A stretch of 64,000 bases of DNA from Anaeramoeba ignava BMAN (GCA_028826165.1 JAPDFW010000056.1:310001-374000), one strand, 5' to 3'; shown: positions 13,401-30,768, counted from the stretch's first letter. Program-made: numbers and translations. Notes: a model not told the origin generated them from the sequence alone.

Positions 13401-15063
13401 AACAGACATGTTACTCGCAACTCAAAAACTATATCCAATTCAAAGTTTGTTAATGTTTCTGACCGTAAAAAGCTCTATGATCAGTCACAAAATACCAATA
13501 CTATCAGAAATATTTTCAAATCCAAAGACGAATATCAAAACAAAAATTCTCAACAAAATCAAACAAGTACTCCAGTTTCTTTGTTTAATTCTTCCGCTCT
13601 GAATTCTATTTCAAAGCAAAAGCCTCAATCAATTTTTCTTACTCCTTTTCGAAGAGTTAAAACATCAGAGCAAAATCAATTTTTATGGCGAAATCCTCAA
13701 AAAACAGAAGCAAATAAATCGATCCCTAATCACAACCAAGAATATTTACTCAAATCTAAAGAAAAATCACTTTTGAATCAAGATCATTTAAGATCGCAAT
13801 TAGAAGTTAATAACTCAAAACAAAAATTTTGAATCTAAAGATAAGTTAATAAAGGAATCAATTCAACAAGATTCAATGAAATTTTCTAATCATTTTTCTT
13901 ATTCTCAAGTTAGTTATATTCAAGAAGAAGATTCAAATTTCAATCCAAATCCAAATCAAAATTTAAAAGAAAATCTAAATCAATTTAAAAATTTAAATCC
14001 AATTCAAAACCCAATTCAAAATCCAAATCAAATTCAAAATCCAATTCAAAATCCAATTCAAAATCCAATTCAAATTCAAAAACAAAATCAAAAACAAAAT
14101 CAAATTAAAAATCAAAATCAAAATCAAAATCAAAATCAAAATCAAAATCAAAATCAAATTCAAAATCAAAATCAAATTCAAAATCAAATTCAAAATCAAA
14201 ATCCAATTCAAATTCAAATTCAAAATCCAATTCAAAATTTAAATCAAAATCAAATTAAAAATCAAATTCAAAATCAAAATCAAATTCAAATTCAAAAACA
14301 AAATCAAAATCAAAATTTAAAAGAAAATCAAAATCAAATTCAAATTCAAATTCAAAATCAAAATCCAATTCAAAAACAAAATCAAATTCAAAATCAAATT
14401 CAAATTCAAAATCAAATTCAAATTCAAATTTTAAAAGAAAATTTAAATCAAATTCAATTTATTGATTCATTCCAAAAATTGGTTCAAATGTTCCACTCTC
14501 CTGAAAAAATTCATCCTTTTGCAGTTATTCAAAATATAAAAGATTTTATTCAAACTAATTCAAATATCCAAATTTCAATTGCAACAAATCAAATTCTTCA
14601 AATGATTCTAAATTTATTCTCAAAAATCATAACAAAAAAAGAAAAAGAACCACTTCCAAATATTGCAATTCATGATGCATTTTGGATTGTTGATCAAATT
14701 ATTCAAACAATTAAAAATCAATTAGATTCTGAAAAAGCATTAGATCTCATTATTAACGAAATAACAAAAAATGAAGAAAATTCCACTTTCTTTTCTTTGC
14801 TTCTTAATTTGGTTGAACAATTTTTAATTCTAATTCCTAAATCCTTTCTGTTGTTAAAACTTGATATTTTACTCCCAATTTTTAATAAGAATTTAAAACA
14901 TAAAAATGTTTCTATTCGAAAATCTATTATAATGATTTATGCTCAACTTGGATTTATTTTTGGAAAAGAAAAAATTGATGGTTTGATTAAAAATACCTTT
15001 AAAAAAACAGAATACCGATTATTCACTCATTTTTATAATAAAGTTATTCAAGAAAAATTCTAA
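10427..15063 (+). CDS. CLASP-family TOG/HEAT microtubule-associated protein; exons 10427-10525, 12336-15063, with a 1-nt frameshift near 13825
   Basis: [26 protein letters not shown] is the CLASP_N signature; the C-terminal HEAT ([21 protein letters not shown]) resembles the CLASP CLIP-interaction domain; phase-0 GT-AG intron keeps frame. Confidence 0.8.
10526..12335 (+). repeat. 1.8-kb intron filled with (AATATTC/AATTC/AATATTT)n
   Basis: GT..AG boundaries join exons in frame; repeat visible. Confidence 0.85.
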
Positions 15064-15411
15064 AAGGAAAAGAACAAAAAGAATAAAACAATTTTTTTAA
15101 TTGATTTTTTTTTTTGTAAAATGGAATTTACTTTTTATTTTCTTTTCTAAATTGAATTTAAATTAAACAAGTTAATTTTTTTATTTTTTATTTTTTATTT
15201 TTTAAATACTCAAAAAAAAATTAAATTAAATAAAAAAAAAATGGAATTCCACAAAAAAAAAAAAAGGAAAAAAAGGAAAAAATTTGTTTTGTTTTATTTT
15301 GTTTTATTTTAAATTTTTATTTTAAATTTTTATTTGAAATGATTTAATTTCTCATAAAAATTTTAATTATTTTTTTAAAAAGAAAAAAACAAAAAATAAA
15401 AAATAAAAAAA

Positions 15412-16235
15412 TTAATTTGTTTTGCGATCATCTCTTAAAAAAGTAGAAACAGTTCGATCATAATTTGCAACTTGGTTCATTCCATTCTTTTTAAAATATT
15501 CACTGATTCCTCTTTTAATATTTTTAGGTTTTTTTCCAGTAATTTTACCTAAAACGATATAAAGATTATTAGAAATTTGAATTTTTTTTGGAACAAAAAG
15601 TCCCTTTTCAATATTTGTCTGTGGAGTCCATCCAGTAAAAAACTGGGGGAAAAGTTGAAAATAAAGAGAAAGTCTGCGCTGAACACTAGGTCTTGGTTTC
15701 TCAGCAAGAAATTCAGTGATCTGAGAAGAAATTTGAGAATCAATTACAATTTCTGTTAATTTTAAATTTTGTTTCTTTTTAAAATTAATTTGATTAGGAA
15801 GATCAATTTGATTTTCATAATTGATTTCATAATTGATTTGATTTTCATAATTGATTTCATAATTAATTGGATTTTCATAATTGATTTGATTTTCATAATT
15901 AATTGATTTTCATAATTGATTTGATTTTCATAATTAATTTCATTTTCATAATTGATTTCATTTTCATAATTAATTTCATTTTCATAATTAATTTCATTTT
16001 CAATTTGTTTTGGTTTTGAAAGCTTTTTATTCTCTTCAATTTGCATTCTATTTGTTGAAGTAAATTTGTTATAATTTAATGGAAATAAGGTTGGAATGTT
16101 TTCATTTGTTTCTTCAATTTGTTGTTTTTTTATCATCCATTCTTTTGTTTTTTTGTTAATTTGTTGTCTTTGTGCTAATTGAGGAAGTTCAGTCAAGATT
16201 TGCGCCACTTCTAATTCAAGTAATTTCACATCCAT
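15412..16235 (-). CDS. Hypothetical protein with an (ENEINY)n tract and a basic C-terminal domain; frameshift(s) inside the repeat
   Basis: ORF from ATG 16235; a second frame continues QIDLPNQINFKK..RPSVQRRLSLYFQLFPQFFTGW..RDDRKTN* to 15412 with no intron donor seen. Confidence 0.6.
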
Positions 16236-17117
16236 TTTTTTTTTTTTTTTTTTTCGGTTTTGTTCAATAATTCCAAAATTTTTTTTATATTTATTTTTTA
16301 AGTTATTTTTGTTTTTGAGGGTTTTTTTTTATTGAAAAATTATTTTTTTTTTGTAAGGATTTGATTTTCTCTTTTTCTTTTGTTTTGTTTTATTATTTAT
16401 TTGGTTTTATTATTTATTAATAAAATGTAAAAAAAATTAGTGAAAAAAAAAAGTGAAAAAAAAAAAAAGTGAAAAAGAAAATTTTTTTTTTTCATAATAA
16501 AAAATTAAAAAGAAATTGGAAAAAATAAATAATTTTTTAATTTAAAAAATAGGGGAGAAAAAGTAATTTTAATTTTCTTCCTTTCTTCTTCTTTTTTCTT
16601 TCTTTTTTTTTTTTAAATTGTTTTTTGTTTTTTTTTTTTTTTTTTTTGAGTGAGAAAATAGATCTAAAATTTAAAAAAATTTTTTTTTTTTTAATCTATT
16701 TAAATTAAATTTATTTAAATAAAAAAAGAAAGAAAGGATGAATAAGAAAAAAAAACAATTTCATTTTTAATTAAAATTTTAATTATTTTTAATTTAAAAA
16801 AAAAATTTTTTTTTCCTTTTTTTTTTGATTTTTTTTTTTTATTTTTAATTTAAATTTAATTAAATTCTTTCTTTTAAAATAATTTAAAAATAAAATAGTG
16901 ATTCATTTTTATTTAAAACTTTTATTTAAAGTTAATTTCAAAATTTTAATTTTTTTAATTAATTAAAATTCCAAAAAAAAAAAAAAAAAAATTTTTAATT
17001 AAAAATTTAATTAAAAAAAAATAGAAAAAAGCAAAAATTATTTTAACCATCTTTATTTAAATTTAAATTTAAAATTTGTTTTTTTTATTTATTTTGTTTT
17101 TATTTTTATTTATTTAT

Positions 17118-19770
<2,653 letters not shown>

Positions 19771-19857
19771 TTTATTTAAAAACAAAAAGAATTAAAAAAA
19801 TGATTTTTGATTTTTCATTTTTCAATTTATTTTATTATTTTTTTTTTATTATTTAAA

Positions 19858-22800
19858 ATGTCTTCTCCAAATCAAAATGAAAATCAAAATGAACTTGAAC
19901 TAGAAGTTATTGAAAATCAAAATGAAAATGAAACTCAAAGATGAAAATGAAATCAAAGATGAAAATGAACTCAAAGATGAAATTGAACTGGAAAATGAAA
20001 GTGAAGATAAAGATGGCAATGAAGATAAAAATGAAGATGAAATTGAATTTATGGAAATTAGAATTGCAGATCGTCAATTTACAGCCAAAAAAAAATACCC
20101 ACCAAATTTCATTTCAACAACAAAATATAAAATATGGAATTTTATATTTATTAATTTATTTGAACAAGTAAGAATTTTTTTTTCAAAAAGCAAATATAAT
20201 TTATTATGAACAATTAAACAAAAAGACATCTCATTTTTCTTTTTTGAAATTTTTCTTTTCAAAATTTTTGTGACATTTTTTTATTCCCAAAAGTTTCGAA
20301 GATTGGCAAACTTTTATTTTCTTATTGTTATGCTTTTAAGTTTAGGTCCTTGGACTCCAATCGATCCATTTACTTCAATTGCTCCATTAATATTTGTTCT
20401 AGGTTTCAATCTTTTTAAATTCAATAATTCTCTTCTATTTATTTTTTAATTTATTTTTTGATTCTTAGCTGTTTCTGCAATAAAAGCTGCTTTGGAGGAT
20501 TATAAAAGACATAAAGCAGATAAAGAAGCAAATAAAGCTTTGTTTAAAATTTATGATCCTATTAGTGAATCTTTAATTGATACTCAATCAAAAGATATTC
20601 AAGTATTTTGATTTAATTCCCTTTTAATTTCAAATATTAAATATAAAATATTAATCAAAAAAAAATTATTTTAAGGTTGGTGATATTATTTATTTAACAG
20701 ATAGACAAGAAATACCAGCAGATTTAATTGTTTTATCTACAAGTGAAGAAGATGATGTTTGTTATATTGAAACATCTAATCTTGATGGGTAAATATTTAT
20801 AAATATTTATTTCAATATTTATATTTTTAAATATTTTTAAATATTTTTAAACAGTGAAACGAATACAAAAATTAGAAGTGGTCTTTCCTCAACATCCCAT
20901 TTAAATTCAATTGAAAACTTAAAAAATTCAAAAGGTACAATAAAATGTGAACTTCCAAACGATAAAATTTATCGATTTGAAGGACAAATCATTTTAGATT
21001 CAACTGGAGAAACAAATGCACTTACAGTTTCTCAAGTTTTATTAAGAGTATTTATAATCAATTCAAATCAAAATCCCAAATAAGACAAGCAAACGTTTAT
21101 AAAATATATTAATTATAATCCACACTTTAAATTTAAAGGGTTGTAGTATTAGAAATACCAAATGGATATTTGCAGTTGTAGTTTATGCAGGAATTGCAAC
21201 AAAAATGTTCAAGAATCAACGAGGAAAAGGATATCATTTCTCCAAATTTGAAAGAACTTTAAATACACTTGTGTGGAGAATTTTCTTAATCCAATTTGTT
21301 CTTGTAATTTTTTGTACTTTTATGACGGGTTTTGCTTATTATAAAATAAAGGATGCGGGATATGTTAATGAAGAAGATGCATTATGGAAAGAATTACTAA
21401 CTTCTTTTGCAACTTATTTTATTTTATTATCATATATGATTCCTATTTCTTTGTATATTACGGTTGAGTTGGTTCGTTTAGCCCAGGCTTGGTTAATGCA
21501 ATGGGATCAAGAAATGTATTCTCCAAATCAAAGAGGAAAAATGACAGTCAAAAATTCAGATATTAATGAAGAATTAGGTCAAATTCAAAGGATATTTAGT
21601 GATAAAACTGGTACTTTAACTGAAAATGAAATGATTTTTTCTAAATGTAGTATAAATGGGAATATTTATGATTTTTCTAATTATATAAAGAATGAAAATA
21701 ATAAAGATCACGAGTCTATAATTTTAGAAAATGATGAAGGTAATTTAATATCAAAATTAAAAATTAAAATCAAAATTAAAATTAAAATCAAAACTAAAAT
21801 TAAAATTAAAATTAAAATCAAAATTAAAAATTAAAATTAAAATTAAAATTAAAATTAAAATTAAAATTAAAATTAAAATCAAAATTAAAATTAAAATCAA
21901 AACTAAAATTAAAATTAAAATCAAAATCAAAATTAAAATTAAAATTAAAATTAAAATCAAAATTAAAATTAAAATTAAAATCAAAATCAAAATTAAAATC
22001 AAAATTAAATTTAAAATCAAAATTAAAATATTTATATTTTTGCTTATAAAGATGTTTCCAAAATCAAATCAGAAATTGATCAAAATAACTTGATTTATAA
22101 ATTATTCTTCCAAGTTCTAGCATTATGTCATACAGTTATACCAGAAAAAAATCCAGAAACAGAAGAAATCACATTTCAAGCACAATCACCAGATGAAATA
22201 GCATTAATTCAAGCAGCGAAAATTGCTGGATTTGAGTTATTTGAACGAAAAAAAAAAACAGGAATCACTTTAAAACAAAAAGATGGAGAACTTCAATCAT
22301 ATCCAGTTGAATCAATATTAGATTTTACATCAGCAAGAAAAAGAATGTCAATTATTGTTAGAAATGAAAACAACGAACTTATATTGCTTACAAAAGGAGC
22401 TGATAATGTAATAATAGAAAGATTAGCATCAGGTCAAGAAAAATCAATCGATCAAATTTCTAATGATTTAACTCAATTTGCAAGAAGTGGATTGAGAACT
22501 CTTTTGATTGCATATCGTTATATTGAAGAAAATCAATTCCAAAATTGGAAAATTCGATATGAACAAGCACTTTCTTCACTAAATAACAGACAACAAAATA
22601 TTGATCAAGTATGTGAAGAAATGGAAAAGATTTGATTTTGTTGGGAGGAACAGGAATTGAAGACCGTCTCCAAGATGGTGTTCCTGAAACTATTCAATAT
22701 ATTTTGGAATCAGGAATTAGTATGTGGTTATTAACAGGTGATAAAATTGAAACAGCAAAAAGTGTTGGAATTTCTTCGAAATTAATTTCACCAGATACAA

Positions 22801-24113
22801 AAATACTCACAATTAACTGTCTTGAAGAAAAAAATTCAATTTCAAGGCTTGAAAAGAAATTCAATAAATATTGCAAATCTTCAAATCAAAACCATAACTT
22901 GGCTTTAGTTGTTACTGGTCATTCTTTGACTCATTTATTAGAACATAAAAAGGAGCAGTTTATTGAATTTGGTGAATTTTGTAAATCTGTTATTTGCTGT
23001 CGAGTTACTCCAAAACAGAAATCACAGATTGTTGATTTAGTTCATGAAAATTCGAAAATGATTTGTTTAGCAATTGGAGATGGAGCAAATGATGTTGGAA
23101 TGATCCAACGTATTTAAATCCAAATTTATTTATCAAATTTATTTATCAAATTTATTTATCAAATTTATTTATAAAATTAAAAAGGTGCAAATGTTGGTGT
23201 TGGTTTATTTGGAAAGGAAGGAAATCAAGCAGCTCTTTCAAGTGATTTTGCATTGACAAGATTTAAACATCTTCAAAGATTAATTTTTATTCATGGAAGA
23301 TATTCATATTTAAGACTATCAGGAGTTGTTCTTTATTCATTCTACAAAAACTTCTCGTTCATTTTAGTTCAATTTTGGTTCTCTTTTTTTAATGCATGGT
23401 CAGGACAATCATTATATGATGATTGGGTAATGACATTATTCAATGTGATTTTCACAAGTTTACCTCCTTTGGTTTATGGATTCACAGAAAAAGATGCAAA
23501 TGAATCAATTATCGAAAAATATCCTCAATTATATCATACATTTTCAATAAGAAATTTATTTTCATGGAAAAAATTTGTTATCAGATTTATCAATGCAATA
23601 TATCAATCATTAATTGTTTTCTTTGTGGTTTACGGCACAGAAGCAAACAACCCAACACTTCGTTATGATGGTTTAGAAACTGGACTTGCTGCATTGGGAT
23701 CTTATTGTAGTTCATATTCAATTTTGATTGTTTTATTAACTTATGCACTTGAAACAAATTATTGGAATTGGATCACTCATTTTTCTTTGTGGTTGAGTAT
23801 TGCAGTTATTTTCTTATTTCTACTCATGCTTTCAAATTGGCTTTCAGTGTTTGCTTATGAATATGGTGTTCTCAAAATGATGTTGAGTTCTTCTTCTTTT
23901 TATACTTTACTTATTATTGTTGTTATTTTAGGTTTATTGCCTGAGTATTTTGTTAAATATTGGAGAACTAATTATCATCCTTATGATTGGCAAATTTTGG
24001 TTGAAAGATATAAAAATAAAAAACTTTTGGATAATGGTTCATTTCCAAAAGTGAAAAAAGTGGATAGTCTTAATGTCAAAAAGAATGATGAAATTGAAAT
24101 TGATAATCTTTAA
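19858..24113 (+). CDS. P4-type ATPase (phospholipid flippase), multi-exon, with apparent frameshifts near 19932 and 22628
   Basis: NFISTTKY, spliced LDG|ETN, YMIPISL, FSDKTGT, SPDEIAL, DFTSARKRMS, WLLTGDK, CCRVTPKQK, GDGANDV, HGRYSYLR. Confidence 0.95.
21740..22051 (+). repeat. Intron filled with (AAAATT/AAAATC)n
   Basis: GT..AG boundaries, phase 1 (G|AT = Asp). Confidence 0.85.
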
Positions 24114-25430
24114 ATCAAAATCAAAATCAAAATCAAAATCAAAATCAAAATCAAAATCAAAATCAAAATTAAATATAAATCAAAATTTAAATATAAATAT
24201 AAATCAAAATCTAAATATAAATCTAAATATAAATCTAAATCTAAATATAAATTTAAATTTAAATCAAAATCAAAATTTAAATCAAAATATAAATCAAAAT
24301 ATAAATATAAATCTAAATCTAAATTTAAATCTAAATATAAATTTAAATCAAAATCTAAATCAAAATCTAAATCTAAATCTAAATATAAATCAAAATATAA
24401 ATCAAAATCAAAATCAAAATCAAAATCAAAATCAAAATCAAAATCAAAAATCAAAAATCAAAATTTAAATCAAAATATAAATCAAAATATAAATCTAAAT
24501 ATAAATATAAATCTAAATATAAATCAAAATCAAAATCAAAATCAAAATCAAAATCAAAATCAAAATCAAAATCAAAATCAAAATCAAAATCAAAATCAAA
24601 ATCTAAATCAAAATCAAAATAAAAAAATCAAAATATAAATCTAAATATAAATTTAAATCTAAATCTAAATCTAAATATAAATATAAATCAAAAATATAAA
24701 TATAAATCTAAATATAAATATAAATATAAAATATAAATCTAAATATAAATATAAATATAAATCTAAATCATAAATCTAAATCTAAATTTAAATCAAAATC
24801 TAAATCAAAATCTAAATATAAATATAAATCCAAATATAAATATAAATCTAAATATAAATATAAATATAAATCTAAATCTAAATCTAAATCTAAATCTAAA
24901 TCTAAAATCAAAATATAAATCAAATCAAAATCAAAAATAAATCAAAATCAAATATAAATCAAAATATAAATATAAATCAAAAAAATATAAATCAAAATAA
25001 ATATAAATATAAATCATAAATCTAAATATAAATATAAATCTAAATATAAATATAAATCAAAATATAAATCAAAATATAAATCTAAATCTAAATATAAATA
25101 TAAATATAAATCAAAATATAAATATAAATCTAAATCTAAATTTAAATTTAAATATAAATATAAATATAAATTTAAATCTAAATCTAAATCTAAATCAAAA
25201 TATAAATATAAATCAAAATCAAAATATAAATCAAAATATAAATCAAAATCAAAATATAAATATAAATCAAAATATAAATCAAAATATAAATCAAAATATA
25301 AATCTAAATCTAAATCTAAATCTAAATCTAAATCTAAATCTAAATCTAAATCAAAATCTAAATCTAAATCTAAATATAAATCTAAATCTAAATCTAAATC
25401 TAAATATAAATCTAAATATAAATCTAAATC
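24112..25430. repeat. (AAAATC/AAATAT/AAATCT)n hexamer satellite starting at the ATPase stop codon
   Basis: Visible tandem hexamers. Confidence 0.95.
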
Positions 25431-25649
25431 TCTTTTATTATTCTTGAATTCAAAATTTCTTTTTGCAAAGTTAATTAAATTAATTACAAAATTTCTTTTA
25501 TTAATTAAAAAAACAAAAACAAATTTTCATTTTCATTTTTTTCATTTTTTCATTTTTTCATTTTTCATTTTTTTCCTTTTTTCTATTTTTTGATAATTCC
25601 AACTTTATATATTTTAAAAAAAAAAAAAAAAACAAAAAACAAATATAAA

Positions 25650-26372
25650 ATGAATTCACAAGAAAATCCAATTTCTAAATTAAACAATCACGCAGAATCA
25701 ATACAACCAATAATTTCTGACCGATTAAAAGTAGAAATTGCAAAACTCAAACTTTCAGAAATTAAACTTAAACAAGATGAAAAAAAACTAAGAGAAAAAG
25801 AAATGTCACTAAAAGCAATGGAAGAGCGACTCAAACAAAAAAACATCCTCAACGAAAACATGACAAAATTAAACGAGAAGAAAAAATCAGAGCAAAACCT
25901 TTCTGAAAGAAAAAGCGAAGAATTCAATACGGAAGAGCTAGAAATTGACGAGAACCGAATAGAAAATGCAAATGATCGAAATCAGATCCAAAATGAAAAC
26001 ACAATCAATAACTTGCTTGATTATAATTCTGATGAAGAAGATGAGATGAGCGATGATTCTGATGAATCATTGGATACTTTTATTAAACCTGAAGACCAGG
26101 CTTATGTCAGAGAAATGGGAAGAAAAGAAGCTATGAATTTATCGCCTGAAGAAAAAAAGCGAAGAAGGCAATTAAAAAACCGAATCAATGCAAAGAAATC
26201 TCGCCAACGCAAAAAAAACTACACAAAAAAATTACAAACTGAAGTCAAAAAATTGCGTCTTCAGAAAAAAAAATTATTGCTTGAAATTGATAAATTTCAC
26301 CATGAAAATGAACAGTTGGCTCAACAACTTGCTACTGTTCATCAAGTTTCTCAAAATCGGAATTATTTTTGA
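25650..26372 (+). CDS. bZIP transcription factor
   Basis: Basic region KKRRRQLKNRINAKKSRQRKK followed by a leucine heptad zipper; first ATG at 25650. Confidence 0.9.
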   Translation: MNSQENPISKLNNHAESIQPIISDRLKVEIAKLKLSEIKLKQDEKKLREKEMSLKAMEERLKQKNILNENMTKLNEKKKSEQNLSERKSEEFNTEELEIDENRIENANDRNQIQNENTINNLLDYNSDEEDEMSDDSDESLDTFIKPEDQAYVREMGRKEAMNLSPEEKKRRRQLKNRINAKKSRQRKKNYTKKLQTEVKKLRLQKKKLLLEIDKFHHENEQLAQQLATVHQVSQNRNYF

Positions 26373-26540
26373 TGCGCCATTTATCTATTTTTATTTTTGT
26401 GTTTTCGAGAAATTTGAAAAGAAAAAAAAGAAAAAATTTTTTTTGCTTTTTCTTTTAATTCTTCAAAAAAAAATGAAAATAAAAAAAATTCATTTTCTTT
26501 TTCTTTTCATTTTCATTTTTTTGATTTTAAAGTTTTTGAA

Positions 26541-29500
26541 ATGAAATCACTTCAAGAGTCTTATAAAAACTTTCTTTCTTCTGTTCCTAAAAAGAAAGTA
26601 ATTTGTATAATTCGAGAAGTTGAAAAACAATGGGTTGTTTTTGATTGCAATACACAAGAAGAATCTGATAAAACTAAGGCTCCAATCATTTGTTTACATG
26701 GTGTTGCGGGAACTGCTGATATTTTTTTTAAACAAATTTTATCACTTTCTTCTAGAGGTTATCGAGTTATTTCTGTATTTAATCTATTATTAAAATTATT
26801 TATAAAATTAAATATAAAATTATTTATAAAATTATTTATAAAATTATTTATAAAATTATTTATAAAATTATTTATAAAATTATTTATAAAATTAATTATA
26901 AAATTATTTATAAAATTATTTATTAAATTATTTATAAAATTAATTATAAAATTAATTATAAAATTATTTATAAAATTAAATATAAAATTATTTATAAAAT
27001 CAATTATAAAATTAAATATAAAATTATATATAAAATTATTTATAAAATTATTAATAAAATTATTTATAAAATTATTTATAAAATTATATATTAAATTAAA
27101 TATAAAATTATTAATAAAATTAATTATAAAAATTAAATATAAAATTAATTATAAAATTATTTATAAAAATATTTATAAAATTATTAATAAAATTATTTAT
27201 AAAATTATTTATAAAATTAATTATAAACTTAATTATAAAATTATTTATTAAATTATTTATAAAATTAAATATAAAATTAAATATAAAATTATTTATAAAA
27301 TTATTTATAAAAATATTTATAAAATTATTTATAAAATTATTTTATAAAATTAATTATAAAATTAATTATAAAATTATTTATTAAATTATTTATAAAATTA
27401 TTTATAAAATTATTTATAAAATTATTTATAAAATTAATTATAAAATTATTTATAAAATTATTTATAAAATTATTTATAAAATTAATTATAAAATTATTTA
27501 TAAAATTATTTATAAAATTATTTATTAAATTATTTATAAAATTAATTATAAAATTATTTATTAAATTAAATATAAAATTATTTATTAAATTATATATAAA
27601 ATTATTTATAAAATTATTTATTAAATTATTTATAAAATTATTTATAAAATTATTTATAAAATTATTTATAAAATTATTTATAAAATTATTTATAAAATTA
27701 AATATAAAATTATTTATAAAATTATATATAAAATTATTTATAAAATTATTTATAAAATTATTTATAAAATTAAATATTAAATTATTTATAAAATTATTTA
27801 TAAATTATTTATAAAATTATTTATAAAATTATTTATAAAATTATTTATAAAATTATATATAAAATTATTTATAAAATTATTTATAAAATTATTTATAAAA
27901 TTATTTATAAAATTATTTATAAAATTATTTATAAAATTAATTAATTATAAAATTAATTATAAAATTAAATATAAAATTATTTATAAAATTAATTATAAAA
28001 TTAATTATAAAATTATTTATAAAATTAATTATAAAATTAATTATAAAATTATTTATTAAATTATTTATTAAATTATTTATAAAATTATTTATAAAATTAT
28101 TATAAAATTATTTATAAAATTATTAATAAAATTATTTATAAAATTATTTATAAAATTAATTATAAAATTAAATATAAAATTATTTATAAAATTAATTATA
28201 AAATTAATTATAAAATTAATTATAAAATTATTTATAAAATTAAATATAAAATTATTTATAAAATTAATTATAAAATTATTTATAAAATTATTTATAAAAT
28301 TATTTATAAAATTATTTATAAAATTAATTATAAAATTATTAATAAAATTATTTATAAAATTATTATTAATAAATTTAGGTTCAATATCCTCCTTTTGATT
28401 CTCATCAAGATTGGATTCAAGGCTTCAATCAATTTCTTAATCAATACAAAATCGATAAAGTAAATCTATTAACTAAATTTATTATTTTTAAAAAATCATT
28501 CCAAAATTTTTTCCAAAATAAAAATTATCATAAATTAGTTTCATTTAATTGGACATGGTTTAGGAGGATTTTTAGCAATGTTATTTGCAAGCAAATATGA
28601 TGGTCATGTTCTTTCTTTTATTTTTTCAAATTCATATTCCACAACATCTTATTTCCGAACAGGAAAAAAAGCACCAAAATAGTTTGACATTTTTATTATT
28701 AATATTATTAATTAAAAAAAATATTTATCTTTTTCTTTTATATTTTAGTACACTTTTTCCTGAATTTATGTTGAAAAAAAAAATTTTATCAACATTTCCT
28801 AAAGGTGAACTTTTATCTAATATTGCAGATTCTATTGATTTTATGGTTTGTTTTGTTTTGTTTTGTTTTGTTTTAATTTATTTTTATTTTGAATACATTT
28901 TTTAATTTTAGGTTGAACAAGTTGAAACTTTATCAAGAGCAGAAGTGAGATCTCGTTTAGTTCTTCAAGGAGAACCAGGAGTAGGCCGTTTATTATTTTA
29001 TCCACAAGAAAGAATATTATTACTTAATGTAAATTGATTTAAAATTAAAATCAAAATTAAAATCAAAACCAAAATCAAAATCAAAATCAAAATTAAAATT
29101 AAATTCAAAATTAAAATTAAAATCAAAATTAAAATTAAAATCAAATTCAAAATTAAAATCAAAATCAAAATTAAAAATCAAAATGAAAATTAAAATTAAA
29201 ATTAAAATCAAAATTAAAATTAAAATCAAAATTAAAATCAAAATTAAAATTCAAAATTAAAATTAAAATTAAAATTAAAATTAAAATCAAAATTAAAATT
29301 AAAATTAAAATTAAAATTAAAATTAAAATTAAAATTAAAATTAAAAATCAAAATCAAAATCAAAATTAAAATTAAAATTAAAATTAAAATTAAAATTAAA
29401 ATTAAAATCAAAATTAAAATTAAAATCAAAATTAAAATTAAAATTAAATTTAAAATTAAAATCAAAATCAAAATTAAAATTAAAATTAAAATTAAAATTA

Positions 29501-30550
29501 AAATTAAATTTAAAATTAAAATCAAAATTAAAATTAAAATTAAAATTAAAATTAAAATTAAAATTAAAATTAAAATCAAAATCAAAATCAAAATTAAAAT
29601 TAAAATTAAAATTAAAATTAAAATTAAAATTAAAAATCAAAATCAAAATCAAAATTAAAAATTAAAATCAAAATCAAAATTAAAATCAAAATCATAATCA
29701 AAATCAAAATTAAAATCAAAATTAAAATTAAAATCAAAATCAAAATTAAAATTAAAATTAAAATTAAAATTTAAATCAAAATCAAAATCAAAATTGAAAT
29801 TAAAATTAAAATTAAAATTAAAATTAAAATTAAAATTAAAAATCAAAATCAAAATCAAAATTAAAAATTAAAATCAAAATCAAAATTAAAATCAAAATTA
29901 AAATCAAAATCAAAATCAAAATCAAAATTAAAATTAAATAGAGTTTAGATTCTACAGATTATACTGATGAAATGAGACAAGCAATGCAAAAAAAATTTCC
30001 AGAATCTAAAGTTGCTGAAATGAGAACTGGAGGAAATTTTCCATTTATTGGAAATTATGAAGAATTTAATATGTTTGTTCTTATTCATTTACGGAATGTT
30101 GAATTAATGACAAGCGATCCAAAAAATGAAGGAAATTTAGAAAATTTTTTAGAAACTCAAAATAATAAAGAAAGTGATAATGAGAATAACAATAATAATA
30201 ACAATAACAATAACAATAACAATAACAATTTAAATCAAGAAAAAGATAAAAATAAAGATAATAAAGTCAAAAACCAAAAAGATAATAAAGATTCAAAAGA
30301 AAAGAAAAAACATCACCATCATCATCATCACCATAAGAAACATCAAAAAAAAGATGAAAAACCAAAAGAAGAAAAACCAAAAGATGAAAAACCAAAAGAT
30401 GAAAAACCAAAAGAAGAAAAAAAAGAAGACAAACAAGAAAAAGATGAAAAAAAAGAAGACAAAAAAGAAGACAAACAAGACAAAAAAGATGAAAAAAAAG
30501 AAGACAAAAAAGAAGATTTTGAAAACATCTTCTTGTCTGATTCAGACTAA
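26541..30550 (+). CDS. SPG21: Maspardin (SPG21/ACP33)-like alpha/beta-hydrolase-fold protein, 6 exons
   Basis: PIICLHGVAGTADIFFKQILSLSSRGYRVIS|VQYP, FHLIGHGLGG, PEFMLKK, IADSIDFM|VEQVETLS, GGNFPF; five GT-AG introns give a continuous frame. Confidence 0.88.
26775..28378 (+). repeat. 1.6-kb intron filled with the 12-bp satellite (TTTATAAAATTA)n
   Basis: GT..AG phase 0; repeat visible. Confidence 0.9.
29029..29941 (+). repeat. 0.9-kb intron filled with (AAAATT/AAAATC)n
   Basis: GT..AG phase 0; repeat visible. Confidence 0.9.
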
Positions 30551-30768
30551 TTTACTTTCTCTTAAATTTCTTTCCTTTCATTTTATTCTCTTTTTCTTCT
30601 CTTGTTCTCTCTTTTCCTTTCATCAACTCAAAAAATTTTTTTAGTTCTCTTAATAACATTTGATTCAAGAATAAAAACTCAAAACAGTTTTTTTTCCATT
30701 CATCATTTATTATTTTTCATTTTTCATTTTTCATTTTTAATTTTTTTCTTGTTTAAAATTTAATTGGA

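Noticed and set aside
13828-13835. Stop-codon reassignment (TGA readthrough)
   Set aside because: The interruptions need a frame change rather than readthrough, and TGA is a normal stop at 7839, 26372, 50074 and 55062
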